Shown: positions 28,337 through 37,345, counted from the first letter of the stretch. The stretch is DNA of 64,000 bases from an uncultured Isosphaeraceae bacterium (GCA_964474235.1 CAYYRP010000010.1:4934-68933); one strand, 5' to 3'. Notes: generated by a model from the letters alone, not told the origin. Numbers and translations: made by a program.

Positions 28337-29268
28337 TTTTCAGGAACCCCGCTATACCTATTAAATTGAATTCGATCTGTTGTGTTATTTATAAAATCGG
28401 TAAAATGCCAATCACGGTCGTACTTGTCAACAGTACCGTTGCTAGGATTACGTTCCCAATCCGATCGTGCAATATCTGTAAAGTTTGGGTAGTTAGTTCG
28501 AGTAGCGCCCCATTTTTCACGGAAAGCATCATAGTCAAAAATTGAAAGCAAATTAGCTAGCCCAATGTAGGTCTCACTTTCAGGAGCCTCCACATCAAAA
28601 TAGGCTCCACTAGGAAGGTCGTTAACAGGTTGTGTCCAATCAACAAAAATAGGATCAAATTCATCATCGTTTCGTAATGCAAGATCGATAGTTTGAATTC
28701 CATCTCTATCGAAATCAACCCAGATACGATCGCTACCACTTTCAGAGTTACGTACTACTACGCGACCTTCAGGGTTATAAAGAATGCCAACCATTTCGCC
28801 CATCAACGATATATTTTTGACAACTGCATTTGATGGCAAGTACGTACATACCCACCAAATATGATCTGCATTCAATGCAATTCCAGGTGCAGCTACGCCA
28901 ATTCCAATTGGGAGATTTTTTGGTTTCTGCCCATCGATAGGAACAAAGCGGTCGTATGTCCAATCACCAGCGTTCTGCGAATCACCAAACCACTCTGCTA
29001 CCACGCATTCGTAATACTGCTCACTGCCATCACCTGATAACTTAGGTCGAAAAACTGTAATCACATATCGATTGTTTTTTATTGCAAACGCGCGAGCGTT
29101 ATCGAGAGCTGCGATGATCGTGTTCTTCGCAGTTGAAAGTCGCATATTTTTCGCAACTTTGACATACGCCATGGCAGAAAAACCTGCGATTATCGCAATA
29201 ATAATAATCACAACGACTAATTCAACAAGCGTAAAACCACGCTTCAGATTGGACGGCATTCTACTCAA
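28333..29268 (-). CDS. prepilin-type N-terminal domain protein, GspH/FimU-like (311 aa)
   Basis: N-terminus MSRMPSNLKRG-FTLVELVVVIIIIAIIAGF, followed by ...LDNARAFAIKNNRYVITVF as in the GspH family. ATGA overlaps occur at both ends. Confidence 0.7.
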   Translation of the reverse strand: MSRMPSNLKRGFTLVELVVVIIIIAIIAGFSAMAYVKVAKNMRLSTAKNTIIAALDNARAFAIKNNRYVITVFRPKLSGDGSEQYYECVVAEWFGDSQNAGDWTYDRFVPIDGQKPKNLPIGIGVAAPGIALNADHIWWVCTYLPSNAVVKNISLMGEMVGILYNPEGRVVVRNSESGSDRIWVDFDRDGIQTIDLALRNDDEFDPIFVDWTQPVNDLPSGAYFDVEAPESETYIGLANLLSIFDYDAFREKWGATRTNYPNFTDIARSDWERNPSNGTVDKYDRDWHFTDFINNTTDRIQFNRYSGVPEK

Positions 29269-29981
29269 CGCGCATCCTCCACAACAAACGGCTCGTACGA
29301 CGTTACGTTATCCAACGTTGCATTCCATGTGTCATCATCTCTTGAATATGGATTTGCTTGGTACCGATATCCCCACAGACCATCGGGACCCGCAGAGACT
29401 AAATATGAGCGTTTATTCAAACATGAACCAAGCCCATCTTCTGCTTGATCGCGTATGGTTAAATCACCCGATTCGTCTTCCGCAAGGGTGATCAACCCAG
29501 AATCTTCAAAGTCGCCGCAAGGAAAAACTATTCCTATAGGAAAACCCCAAGCATCAACAACGCGAGCACCGTGTTCATCTTCCTCTATCAAGTCAGGGTG
29601 AATCTTTGCAAGTATATTTTTACTTGCTTCAAGTTCTATGAGTAATATCCAAAGCTGTTCTGCACGGTAATCCATTGCTTCGGTCATATCAGATTGATCA
29701 ACACTTGCATTAAAAGATGGAATACCAAGTATGCCATCATTTTCAATGTCGTACGTGCCACCAACTGAACCTACAGATGCGAACGTCATTGATCGACCCA
29801 TTTCTGTTTCCCATTCAGAAATAGCTGTGTCAAGAAGAGTAATAGCATCTTTGGTTTTTCTTATCTCGCTGCCACGAAGCACTTTGTTAGAAATACCAAG
29901 CGTCAACCCTGCAAGTAACACAATGATTGCAATCACAATCATCATTTCGATCAAAGTAAAACCGCGCGTTTCTTTTGTCAT
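29265..29981 (-). CDS. prepilin-type N-terminal domain protein, second GspG-like pseudopilin (238 aa)
   Basis: N-terminus MTKETRG-FTLIEMMIVIAIIVLLAGL, then ...KTKDAITLLDTAISEWE. Confidence 0.75.
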   Translation of the reverse strand: MTKETRGFTLIEMMIVIAIIVLLAGLTLGISNKVLRGSEIRKTKDAITLLDTAISEWETEMGRSMTFASVGSVGGTYDIENDGILGIPSFNASVDQSDMTEAMDYRAEQLWILLIELEASKNILAKIHPDLIEEDEHGARVVDAWGFPIGIVFPCGDFEDSGLITLAEDESGDLTIRDQAEDGLGSCLNKRSYLVSAGPDGLWGYRYQANPYSRDDDTWNATLDNVTSYEPFVVEDAR

Positions 29982-31135
29982 GGACCAATCTCCACTATGT
30001 TGTCAGCGTTAAATTCATCAGTTGCGTCATCACTATCATTTCCAGGCAAACCAAAAACGTCCGCCCGTATTCGAGTATTTAATTGCTTATCTGCGCCTGC
30101 GGAGAAAAAAGCAATGTTTCCTGTTTGCAATTCAAGTGTTGTAGAAGGGTCTCCATTCCCATACGCTTCGTTGTAATCACCAAAACTTGCATTTACTGGG
30201 CTACTTGGCAAATTGAAAGGACGTAAGACAATGTAGTCGCTGAGTGTTGGGCGCGCAAAATCAGAGCCGGGAGGATAGATTCGTGAAATGCCTGATTCAA
30301 TTTCTCGGTCAACTTCGTCCGTTTGAGGGAATTGATTTTTAAATGGATAGACTTGCCGATAGTAGCGGATAGGTGATCCCCATGAGTCTACAAGCACCAT
30401 CGGATTTTCTTGGTTATCCGTCGAATAATCAGGATCCCCCGGATAGTGCACAATCGGCTGACCTGTTAGTGGATCAAGTGTAGCATCGGGTGCTCCATCA
30501 CCATCCCTGTCAGGGCCAAGGACAATTCTTCCAAGCATTTGTTCATTTTTTACTTCAATATAAGGTCCGTAAGTTTTACCACCAGCAGCAATTGCGTACC
30601 CACGATCTTCGAAATCCCATGTTCCTCGATCGCAACCCCAATCTGGAAATGCACAACGATCTGTCGCGCCCCAAACACCGTCCATCGCGGGATGACGAAT
30701 ACCGAGTGCTGGTGATTCGTCTCTGTTTTGAATGGGACCACCGAGAACTCGATATGAACCGTAGCCATCCTCATCACGCCCGCCGTAGCCAAGCAAGTAT
30801 TCAGCGGGTGAAGTAATAGAATACCAATGCTGCGCAGTTCCTCGGTAACTCGATTGCTCGTTGCCCTGCATGCCAATTGGAGGATAATTAGGAAAGTTCG
30901 CGAGCCCACGGCTGTCATTCAAAATTGGCGGGTAATAGCCAATATCATTTTTAAAGGCAGTCATTCCTTGCGCCATTGCTGTCATGCGGGATCGTGTTTC
31001 TGCTCGCTTAGCTGCCGTTCTTGCAGCACTAGTTGCGACAACGAGCACAGCAACCAAGATCACGATGATCACAATGACCATTAACATCTCGATGAGTGTA
31101 AAAGCAGAAAGCAAATTGGATCGACGTTGATGCAC
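29978..31135 (-). CDS. GspG-like major pseudopilin candidate with a long C-terminal extension (385 aa)
   Basis: N-terminus MHQRRSNLLSA-FTLIEMLMVIVIIVILVAVLV...AKRAETRSRMTAMAQGMTAFKNDIGYYPP follows the GspG pattern (..A..L..Y..D.G.YP). Position -1 is Ala rather than Gly. It is the first gene after the platform gene. Confidence 0.7.
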   Translation of the reverse strand: MHQRRSNLLSAFTLIEMLMVIVIIVILVAVLVVATSAARTAAKRAETRSRMTAMAQGMTAFKNDIGYYPPILNDSRGLANFPNYPPIGMQGNEQSSYRGTAQHWYSITSPAEYLLGYGGRDEDGYGSYRVLGGPIQNRDESPALGIRHPAMDGVWGATDRCAFPDWGCDRGTWDFEDRGYAIAAGGKTYGPYIEVKNEQMLGRIVLGPDRDGDGAPDATLDPLTGQPIVHYPGDPDYSTDNQENPMVLVDSWGSPIRYYRQVYPFKNQFPQTDEVDREIESGISRIYPPGSDFARPTLSDYIVLRPFNLPSSPVNASFGDYNEAYGNGDPSTTLELQTGNIAFFSAGADKQLNTRIRADVFGLPGNDSDDATDEFNADNIVEIGP

Positions 31136-31142
31136 TGTTTGT

Positions 31143-32438
31143 CTAATCCTGTGATACCGATTCGATCATCTTCACAAGTGGCATAAAGAGTGCGAGAACG
31201 ATGGTACCGACAATGCCACCAAGGACAACAACCAATGCAGGTTCAAGCAAACTCAACATGGCTGTAACGGCAACATCAACTTCTTCATCGTAGTTGTCAG
31301 CAATTTTAATCAACATGACATCGAGATCGCCAGTCTCCTCGCCAACTTCGATCATATTGACGACGATTGAGTCACACACCTTCGCTTCACGCAAAGGGTC
31401 GGCGACTGTTTCACCTTCACGGATTGAGTCATGCACATCAGTAAGCGCTTTTTCATACACATAATTGCCCGAAGTATCTCTTGTAATCAGCACCGCTTCA
31501 AGAATAGGAACACCTGCCGCAACAAGCGTGCCAAGGGTTCTAGTAAATCTCGCTACAGATGTTTTCATGACGAGTGGACCGATGACTGGAACTTTCATTC
31601 GAATAATGTCAGTAGCAGCTCGACCCGGACCAGTTCTGCGGATTAACTTTAAGAAGAAGAAAATTAAGAACGGAGAAGTCACGATCCAAATAAATCCAGG
31701 AATAGCCTGCGTCCCTTCTTTTGGTGTTCCCGCTACCCACAAACTTGTTTCGATTAGCCAAAGGGTCAATCCAGGCAATTCAACTTCAAAGTCATTAAAA
31801 ATATCTTCAAACTTTGGGATAACAAAATACATAATGCCAGTCACAATCAACACTGCTACAACGATGACACAAATCGGATAGATCATTGCGCCTTTAATTC
31901 TTGCCTTCAACCGTTCTGCTTTTTCCATAAAATTTGCAAGACGTTGCAAAATGACATCGAGCACGCCGCCGATTTCACCAGCAGCAACCATCTTTGAGTA
32001 GAGACGGTCGAACGCCTTGGGGTGCTTACTCATCGAATCTGAAAGGCTACTGCCTGATTCAACATCTTCAACAACTTCTAATAGGATAGATTTTAGTTTA
32101 CCCGGTTTTTGCTGTTGTTCAAGAATTTGCAACGATCGCAAAAGAGGAAGACCAGCATCTTGAAGCGTAGAAAGTTGTCTTGTAAATTGGCATAAGTTTT
32201 TTGTTTTTACCTTCCCAAAAGAAATCGACATTCCTTTTTTCTTCTTGTCTTTTTTCGCTTTCTTTTCTTTTTTTTCACCACCACCACTACCACCACCGAC
32301 CGAATCTTCTCGAACAGAAGTGGGAAAGAAGCCTTGCTGCCGAATTGAAGAAATTGCTTCGTCACTCGAACCGGCTTCGATGCGGCCTTTTTCTGTTTTT
32401 CCCGCTGCGTTCAGCGCTTCATAGACATACGTAGGCAT
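31143..32438 (-). CDS. type II secretion / type IV pilus platform protein (GspF/PilC family)
   Basis: 431 aa with two T2SSF-type repeats and three TM segments (MIYPICVIVVAVLIV, FIWIVTSPFLIFFFL, VVVLGGIVGTIVLALFMP). It carries a Gly/Lys-rich insert GGGSGGGEKKEKKAKKDKKKKG near the N-terminus. Confidence 0.9.
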   Translation of the reverse strand: MPTYVYEALNAAGKTEKGRIEAGSSDEAISSIRQQGFFPTSVREDSVGGGSGGGEKKEKKAKKDKKKKGMSISFGKVKTKNLCQFTRQLSTLQDAGLPLLRSLQILEQQQKPGKLKSILLEVVEDVESGSSLSDSMSKHPKAFDRLYSKMVAAGEIGGVLDVILQRLANFMEKAERLKARIKGAMIYPICVIVVAVLIVTGIMYFVIPKFEDIFNDFEVELPGLTLWLIETSLWVAGTPKEGTQAIPGFIWIVTSPFLIFFFLKLIRRTGPGRAATDIIRMKVPVIGPLVMKTSVARFTRTLGTLVAAGVPILEAVLITRDTSGNYVYEKALTDVHDSIREGETVADPLREAKVCDSIVVNMIEVGEETGDLDVMLIKIADNYDEEVDVAVTAMLSLLEPALVVVLGGIVGTIVLALFMPLVKMIESVSQD

Positions 32439-32456
32439 GTGTCAGGCTCCAATTCA

Positions 32457-34262
32457 TTAATCATTTGAAATGGTTTCGCGAACCACTTCGTCAATAGTTG
32501 TTTGTCCGTCAAAAATAGAGAGCATCCCGCACTCTCGAAGGGATCGCATACCACGTTTTTGCGCTTCAACGCGGATCACGGCAGTAGACGCTTGAGAAAG
32601 GATCAATTCACGGAGTGAATCGTCAAACTCCATGATCTCAAATAATGCCAAACGTCCACTGTATCCACTGTTGTTGCACGAGTCACACCCTTTGCCTCGA
32701 AAGAAAGTACGCCCAGCAACATCTTCACGATGCAATTGCAATTCAAGCAATTCTTCATCACTTGGTTCGTATTCTTCCTTACATTTCGTGCAAATTCTTC
32801 GCACGAGGCGCTGCGCAACAATTGCTTCTACTGTTGCAGTGATCAAAAAGCTTTCAACACCTAAATCAACGAGGCGAAGAATTGTAGAGGGTGCATCATT
32901 TGTGTGGACTGTTGTAAAAACTAAGTGACCAGTCAATGAAGCTTGGACAGCAATCTGCGCTGTTTCAAGGTCACGAATTTCACCAACGAGAATCACGTCG
33001 GGGTCTTGACGCAAGAATGAACGAAGCAATTTTGCAAAGGTTAATTTTTGATCGGTATTCACTTGGCATTGAATCAACCCATCAATATCATATTCAACAG
33101 GATCTTCTGCGGTAAGAATTTTTGTCTCTGGATCGTTGAGTTCATTCAGTGCAGAGTACAGCGTAGTAGTTTTACCTGAACCTGTAGGACCTGTCACAAC
33201 AACAATGCCATTAGGGCGCTTAATAACATCAGCCATTTTGTCGTAATCTGCTGCACGCAAACCAATCTTGTCCATACTTAATTGAACGTTCGATCTGTCA
33301 AGCACACGCATTACGACTGATTCACCAAACATCGTGGGAAGCACTGAAACCCGAAGGTCAACTGGCGAGGCTGCGACTGTTAACTCAATACGACCATCTT
33401 GCGGAAGCCTGCGTTCTGCAATGTCTAGATTTGCCATAATCTTAATACGCGAAACAATTGGCATTGCTAAGTGCATTGGTGGTGGAACCATTTCATAGAG
33501 CACACCATCAATTCGGTATCGCATTTTGAACTCTTCTTCGAATGGTTCAAAATGAATATCAGATGCTTTATCTTTAATTGCCTGCAAAAGAACAAGGTTG
33601 AGCAAGCGAACAATTTTATTATCACCCGCTGCTGATGAAAGATCGTCAAGGTCTACTGAGTCACCGCGTCCGCCAAAACGAGAGAGGTCATCAGATTCGG
33701 CAAGTTGATTCATCATGTCGGACATGGAAGGACCGCCAGAGGAATACTTTGCCTTGACCACTTCATCAACTTGCTCGGGCAATGCAACGACAGCATTCAC
33801 TTTGAAGCCCATCAATAAACGAAGGTCATCTACTGCTCGAAAGTTATCTGGTGTCTTGAGCGCAATGGTGATTGTTTTTGTTTTCTCGTCGTAGGCAACG
33901 GGTGCAATCCCATAGGTTGTCGCTGTCTCCATTGGCAGGGCTTCAACTGCAGAGTCTGGAATTGAATCAACTTCCAAACTAAGAAATCGTAGTCCCGCCT
34001 GACCAGCGAGGGCTTGAAGGACATCATGTTCAGTAATGAGTCCCATCTCTATCATGATTTCACCAATTTTTCGGCGGTCGCCTTTCTTACGGGCAACTTT
34101 CTGAACTTGAAGTGCTTCATGAACCTTTTCACGATTAAGTTTTCTTAATTTGGTCAATACACGACCGAAGCGACGACCCTTTAATTGCGAAGGATCAACG
34201 GTCTTTGCTGTTGTAGAACCACTTCTACTTGATGATGCTTTTTTTACTCGGTCCTGTGCCAT
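32457..34262 (-). CDS. GspE/PilB-type assembly ATPase (second copy) with an MshEN-like N-terminal domain
   Basis: Walker A GPTGSGKTTTLYSAL, a Walker B/Asp box, the His box LTGHLVFTTVHTND and a tetracysteine CTKCK...CDSCNNSGYSGR. The N-terminal GSPII_E_N-like segment is RFGRVLTKL...KIGEIMIEMGLITEHDVLQALAGQ. Confidence 0.9.
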   Translation of the reverse strand: MAQDRVKKASSSRSGSTTAKTVDPSQLKGRRFGRVLTKLRKLNREKVHEALQVQKVARKKGDRRKIGEIMIEMGLITEHDVLQALAGQAGLRFLSLEVDSIPDSAVEALPMETATTYGIAPVAYDEKTKTITIALKTPDNFRAVDDLRLLMGFKVNAVVALPEQVDEVVKAKYSSGGPSMSDMMNQLAESDDLSRFGGRGDSVDLDDLSSAAGDNKIVRLLNLVLLQAIKDKASDIHFEPFEEEFKMRYRIDGVLYEMVPPPMHLAMPIVSRIKIMANLDIAERRLPQDGRIELTVAASPVDLRVSVLPTMFGESVVMRVLDRSNVQLSMDKIGLRAADYDKMADVIKRPNGIVVVTGPTGSGKTTTLYSALNELNDPETKILTAEDPVEYDIDGLIQCQVNTDQKLTFAKLLRSFLRQDPDVILVGEIRDLETAQIAVQASLTGHLVFTTVHTNDAPSTILRLVDLGVESFLITATVEAIVAQRLVRRICTKCKEEYEPSDEELLELQLHREDVAGRTFFRGKGCDSCNNSGYSGRLALFEIMEFDDSLRELILSQASTAVIRVEAQKRGMRSLRECGMLSIFDGQTTIDEVVRETISND

Positions 34263-34320
34263 TGTTTTCTTACTCCGTAGACACCCATTGCGTTCGGGTA
34301 CCTGCCACTACACTTTTATG

Positions 34321-34349
34321 ATCATTGGATGTTAAACATCCTTTGACAA
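34321..34349 (-). promoter_or_regulatory. candidate internal sigma70-like promoter in the 170-nt pilT-gspE gap
   Basis: The minus strand reads TTGTCA-N17-AATGAT. A weak hairpin (AGTACA..TGTACT) plus a T-run lies just after the pilT stop. This is sequence pattern only. Confidence 0.25.
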
Positions 34350-34432
34350 CTGCAATAGGAGTGCTTTTTACATTTGCCACCTAGATTATTCACTTAACCT
34401 CTCGAAAAATCAAGTACAAAGTTGTCCTGTAC

Positions 34433-35536
34433 TTACCCTTCATCTAACTCACTCCTGCCCACTGTACCACCAGTGCTATGAACCTTTTGGGTTAAGGAGT
34501 TGGAATCTCTGCCCTTATCAATCATTTCCTCGGCTCCAATCATGCCTCGTTCATACAACGACCAAAGGTGATCGTCGAGGAGTTGCATGCCAAATTTTCG
34601 CCCAGTTTGAATAGCGGAGTCAATCCGGAACGTCTTATTTTCACGAATAAGGTTCGCGACAGCTGGCGTAACGACAAGGAATTCGTAGGCAGCAACACGG
34701 CCAGATTTATCAATTCTTCGTAGAAGTACCTGCGAGAGAACTGAAATGAGGGAGGTAGAAAGTTGCACCCGAACTTGTTCTTGCTGGTTCGTTGGAAAGG
34801 CATCAACAATCCGGTTGATTGTGCCCGCAGCACCAGTTGTATGCAAAGTCGCAAACACCAAGTGACCGGTTTCAGCCGCTTGAATTGCAGCTTCAATTGT
34901 TTCCAAGTCTCGCATTTCCCCAACGAGAATGACATCGGGGTCAGCACGCAATACACGACGAAGCGCTTCCGAGAAACTTGGAACATCGTTGCCAACTTCA
35001 CGCTGATTCACAATCGATTTTTTGTGGTAGTGATAATATTCAATCGGATCTTCTGCAGTTACAATGTGACGCTCAAGATTGGCATTGACATAATCGATCA
35101 TCGTCGCAAGCGATGTCGTCTTTCCCGATCCAGTCGGCCCCGTCACAATAAACAAACCCCGAGGTCTACGGATCAATTCTTTCAAAATTTTCGGCAAACC
35201 AATCTGTTCAAATGTCAGCAATTCATTTGGAATCAAACGCAATACAAGGGTAATGTCACCACGCTGGCGAAAAATCGCGACCCGAAAACGTGCTTGCGTT
35301 CCAAACGCAAAACCAAAGTCACAACTTCCCTCTTCCTGTAATTCTTGCTGTGCTTTTTCGGGCGTAATTTGCTTCATCAAAGCAACACAGTCATCACCGT
35401 CGAGCACTTTTGTGTCAAGGTTTTTTAAGCCGCCATGCAAGCGTAATGTAGGTTTTCGACCAACAGTTAAGTGAAGGTCTGAAGCCCCTGTACGAACAAC
35501 TGTGTCGAGCAATCTATCTATTTGAATCGTTGACAT
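34433..35536 (-). CDS. pilT: type IV pilus retraction ATPase PilT
   Basis: 367 aa with ASDLHLTVGRKPTLRLHG, GPTGSGKTTSLATMIDYVN, ETGHLVFATLHT and the PilT-specific AVANLIRENK region. Confidence 0.9.
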   Translation of the reverse strand: MSTIQIDRLLDTVVRTGASDLHLTVGRKPTLRLHGGLKNLDTKVLDGDDCVALMKQITPEKAQQELQEEGSCDFGFAFGTQARFRVAIFRQRGDITLVLRLIPNELLTFEQIGLPKILKELIRRPRGLFIVTGPTGSGKTTSLATMIDYVNANLERHIVTAEDPIEYYHYHKKSIVNQREVGNDVPSFSEALRRVLRADPDVILVGEMRDLETIEAAIQAAETGHLVFATLHTTGAAGTINRIVDAFPTNQQEQVRVQLSTSLISVLSQVLLRRIDKSGRVAAYEFLVVTPAVANLIRENKTFRIDSAIQTGRKFGMQLLDDHLWSLYERGMIGAEEMIDKGRDSNSLTQKVHSTGGTVGRSELDEG

Positions 35537-35556
35537 ATATGTAGGTTCCGTCCGTA

Positions 35557-37296
35557 TTAAATATCCACATTACCTTCAAGAAGCGCCTCTGCCTGTGCAA
35601 ATTTAGCAATTTCTTCAGGTGTTGTATCACCTCTGAGCACTTTAATTTTCCCGTCCTCAACAAGCGTAGTCATGCCACCACGAACTGCAGCAGCACGAAG
35701 TTGGCCTAGCGGGGCTCGGTTGAATGCAAGTTCTCGCGTTTCATTGTTCATCACCATCATTTCAAAAATCGCTTTTCGACCTTTGTATCCACGGTTATTA
35801 CAAACGCTGCAACCAACTGGTTTGCAAATTTCTGCATTTGCTGCTTCTTCTGGTGAAATATCAAGAAGTTTGAGGAATTTTTTATCCGGCGACTTATCTA
35901 TCTTTTTGCATTTTGAGCAAAGGATTCTCGTGAGACGTTGCGCCATAATTGCTTGAATTGAACTTGCAACAAGGTATGGTTTCACACCCATGTCAATCAA
36001 ACGCGTGATCGCAGAGGGTGCGTCATTGGTGTGCAATGTTGAGAAAACCAAGTGCCCAGTCAACGCGGCTTGAATTGCAATGTCAGCTACTTCACGGTCA
36101 CGTATTTCACCTACAAGAATAATGTTTGGTGCTTGTCGCAACATCGCCCGAAGAATAGCGGTGAAGGTTAAGCCAATCGAATCACGGATTTGACACTGGT
36201 TGATACCAGCAAAACTATATTCAACTGGATCTTCTGCAGTAATAATTTTGCGTTCGGGCGTGTTTAATACATCCAATGCAGAATACAACGTTGTCGTCTT
36301 ACCTGAGCCAGTTGGTCCTGTCACAAGGAGAATACCGTTGGGTCTACGGATCAATTTATTAAAACGATCAAGATTTGCTTGCTCAAAACCAAGATTTTTC
36401 AAACCGATTCGAACAGAGTCGGGACGCAAAATCCGCAACACAATCGACTCGCCATGATACGCAGGACATGCACTCACACGAAAGTCAATTTGATCGCCAT
36501 CGATGCCCATCTTAATACGACCATCTTGCGGGATACGTTTTTCCGCAATGTTTACACCAGCCATCAATTTTAATCTTGCCAAAATTGCTGATTGCATTCG
36601 CTTTGGCAAGTTATCGCGAACATGACAAACACCGTCAATGCGATATCGTAAGACAACACGATCTTCCATTGGCTCAACATGGATATCAGAGGTATTATTC
36701 CGAACCGCTTCGGTAATCATTCGAGTCACAAGTTTGACAATGGGTGCTTGGTCACCGTCAACATCAATTGAAGCGTCAACGGATGTATCAACACTTCTAT
36801 CAACTGTCACGTCAACAGAATCTGTAACGAGAGAAGTGTCGGTAAACATTGATTCAGAACCACCCAAATCACCAGAAATAAACGCTTGAATTGCAGATTT
36901 TGTTGAGAGTGCTGGTTCAATTTCACAGTTAAGTCTAAACCGCAACAAGTCGAGCAATTCCAAATTAAGTGGATCGTGAATGATTAACTTTAATTTACCG
37001 CCCTCTTTGCTCAGTGGCAAAATCGCATGTTTTTGGATGACATCATTTGGAATGAGTTCCATATCAGGCGTTGGACATCCTTCACTCCCATCAAGGGGAA
37101 TAAAATCCATGCCGAATTGTTCAGCGAGTGCCTTGATGACAGCCTGTTCGTTACAGGCACCTTGTTCAATCAACACTTCACCAACTCGCTTCGCTGTGCC
37201 TTCTGCTGCCTTCAATGCCTCGCGGAATTGATCCTTTGTCACAACTTTTTGTGAGACAAGGATCTCACCTAATTTTTTTCTTCGTTTTCGTGCCAT
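35557..37296 (-). CDS. GspE/PilB-type assembly ATPase (first copy) with tandem MshEN-type motifs
   Basis: GPTGSGKTTTLYSAL, LTGHLVFSTLHTNDA and CSKCKK...CSVCNNRGYKGR. The N-terminus is KLGEILVSQKVVTKDQFREALKAA-EGTAK-RVGEVLIEQGACNEQAVIKALAEQ. Confidence 0.9.
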   Translation of the reverse strand: MARKRRKKLGEILVSQKVVTKDQFREALKAAEGTAKRVGEVLIEQGACNEQAVIKALAEQFGMDFIPLDGSEGCPTPDMELIPNDVIQKHAILPLSKEGGKLKLIIHDPLNLELLDLLRFRLNCEIEPALSTKSAIQAFISGDLGGSESMFTDTSLVTDSVDVTVDRSVDTSVDASIDVDGDQAPIVKLVTRMITEAVRNNTSDIHVEPMEDRVVLRYRIDGVCHVRDNLPKRMQSAILARLKLMAGVNIAEKRIPQDGRIKMGIDGDQIDFRVSACPAYHGESIVLRILRPDSVRIGLKNLGFEQANLDRFNKLIRRPNGILLVTGPTGSGKTTTLYSALDVLNTPERKIITAEDPVEYSFAGINQCQIRDSIGLTFTAILRAMLRQAPNIILVGEIRDREVADIAIQAALTGHLVFSTLHTNDAPSAITRLIDMGVKPYLVASSIQAIMAQRLTRILCSKCKKIDKSPDKKFLKLLDISPEEAANAEICKPVGCSVCNNRGYKGRKAIFEMMVMNNETRELAFNRAPLGQLRAAAVRGGMTTLVEDGKIKVLRGDTTPEEIAKFAQAEALLEGNVDI

Positions 37297-37345
37297 AAAA
37301 CCTTTTTAGATATGAACGGAGTTTTCACGCCGCTTACAAGGTAGT

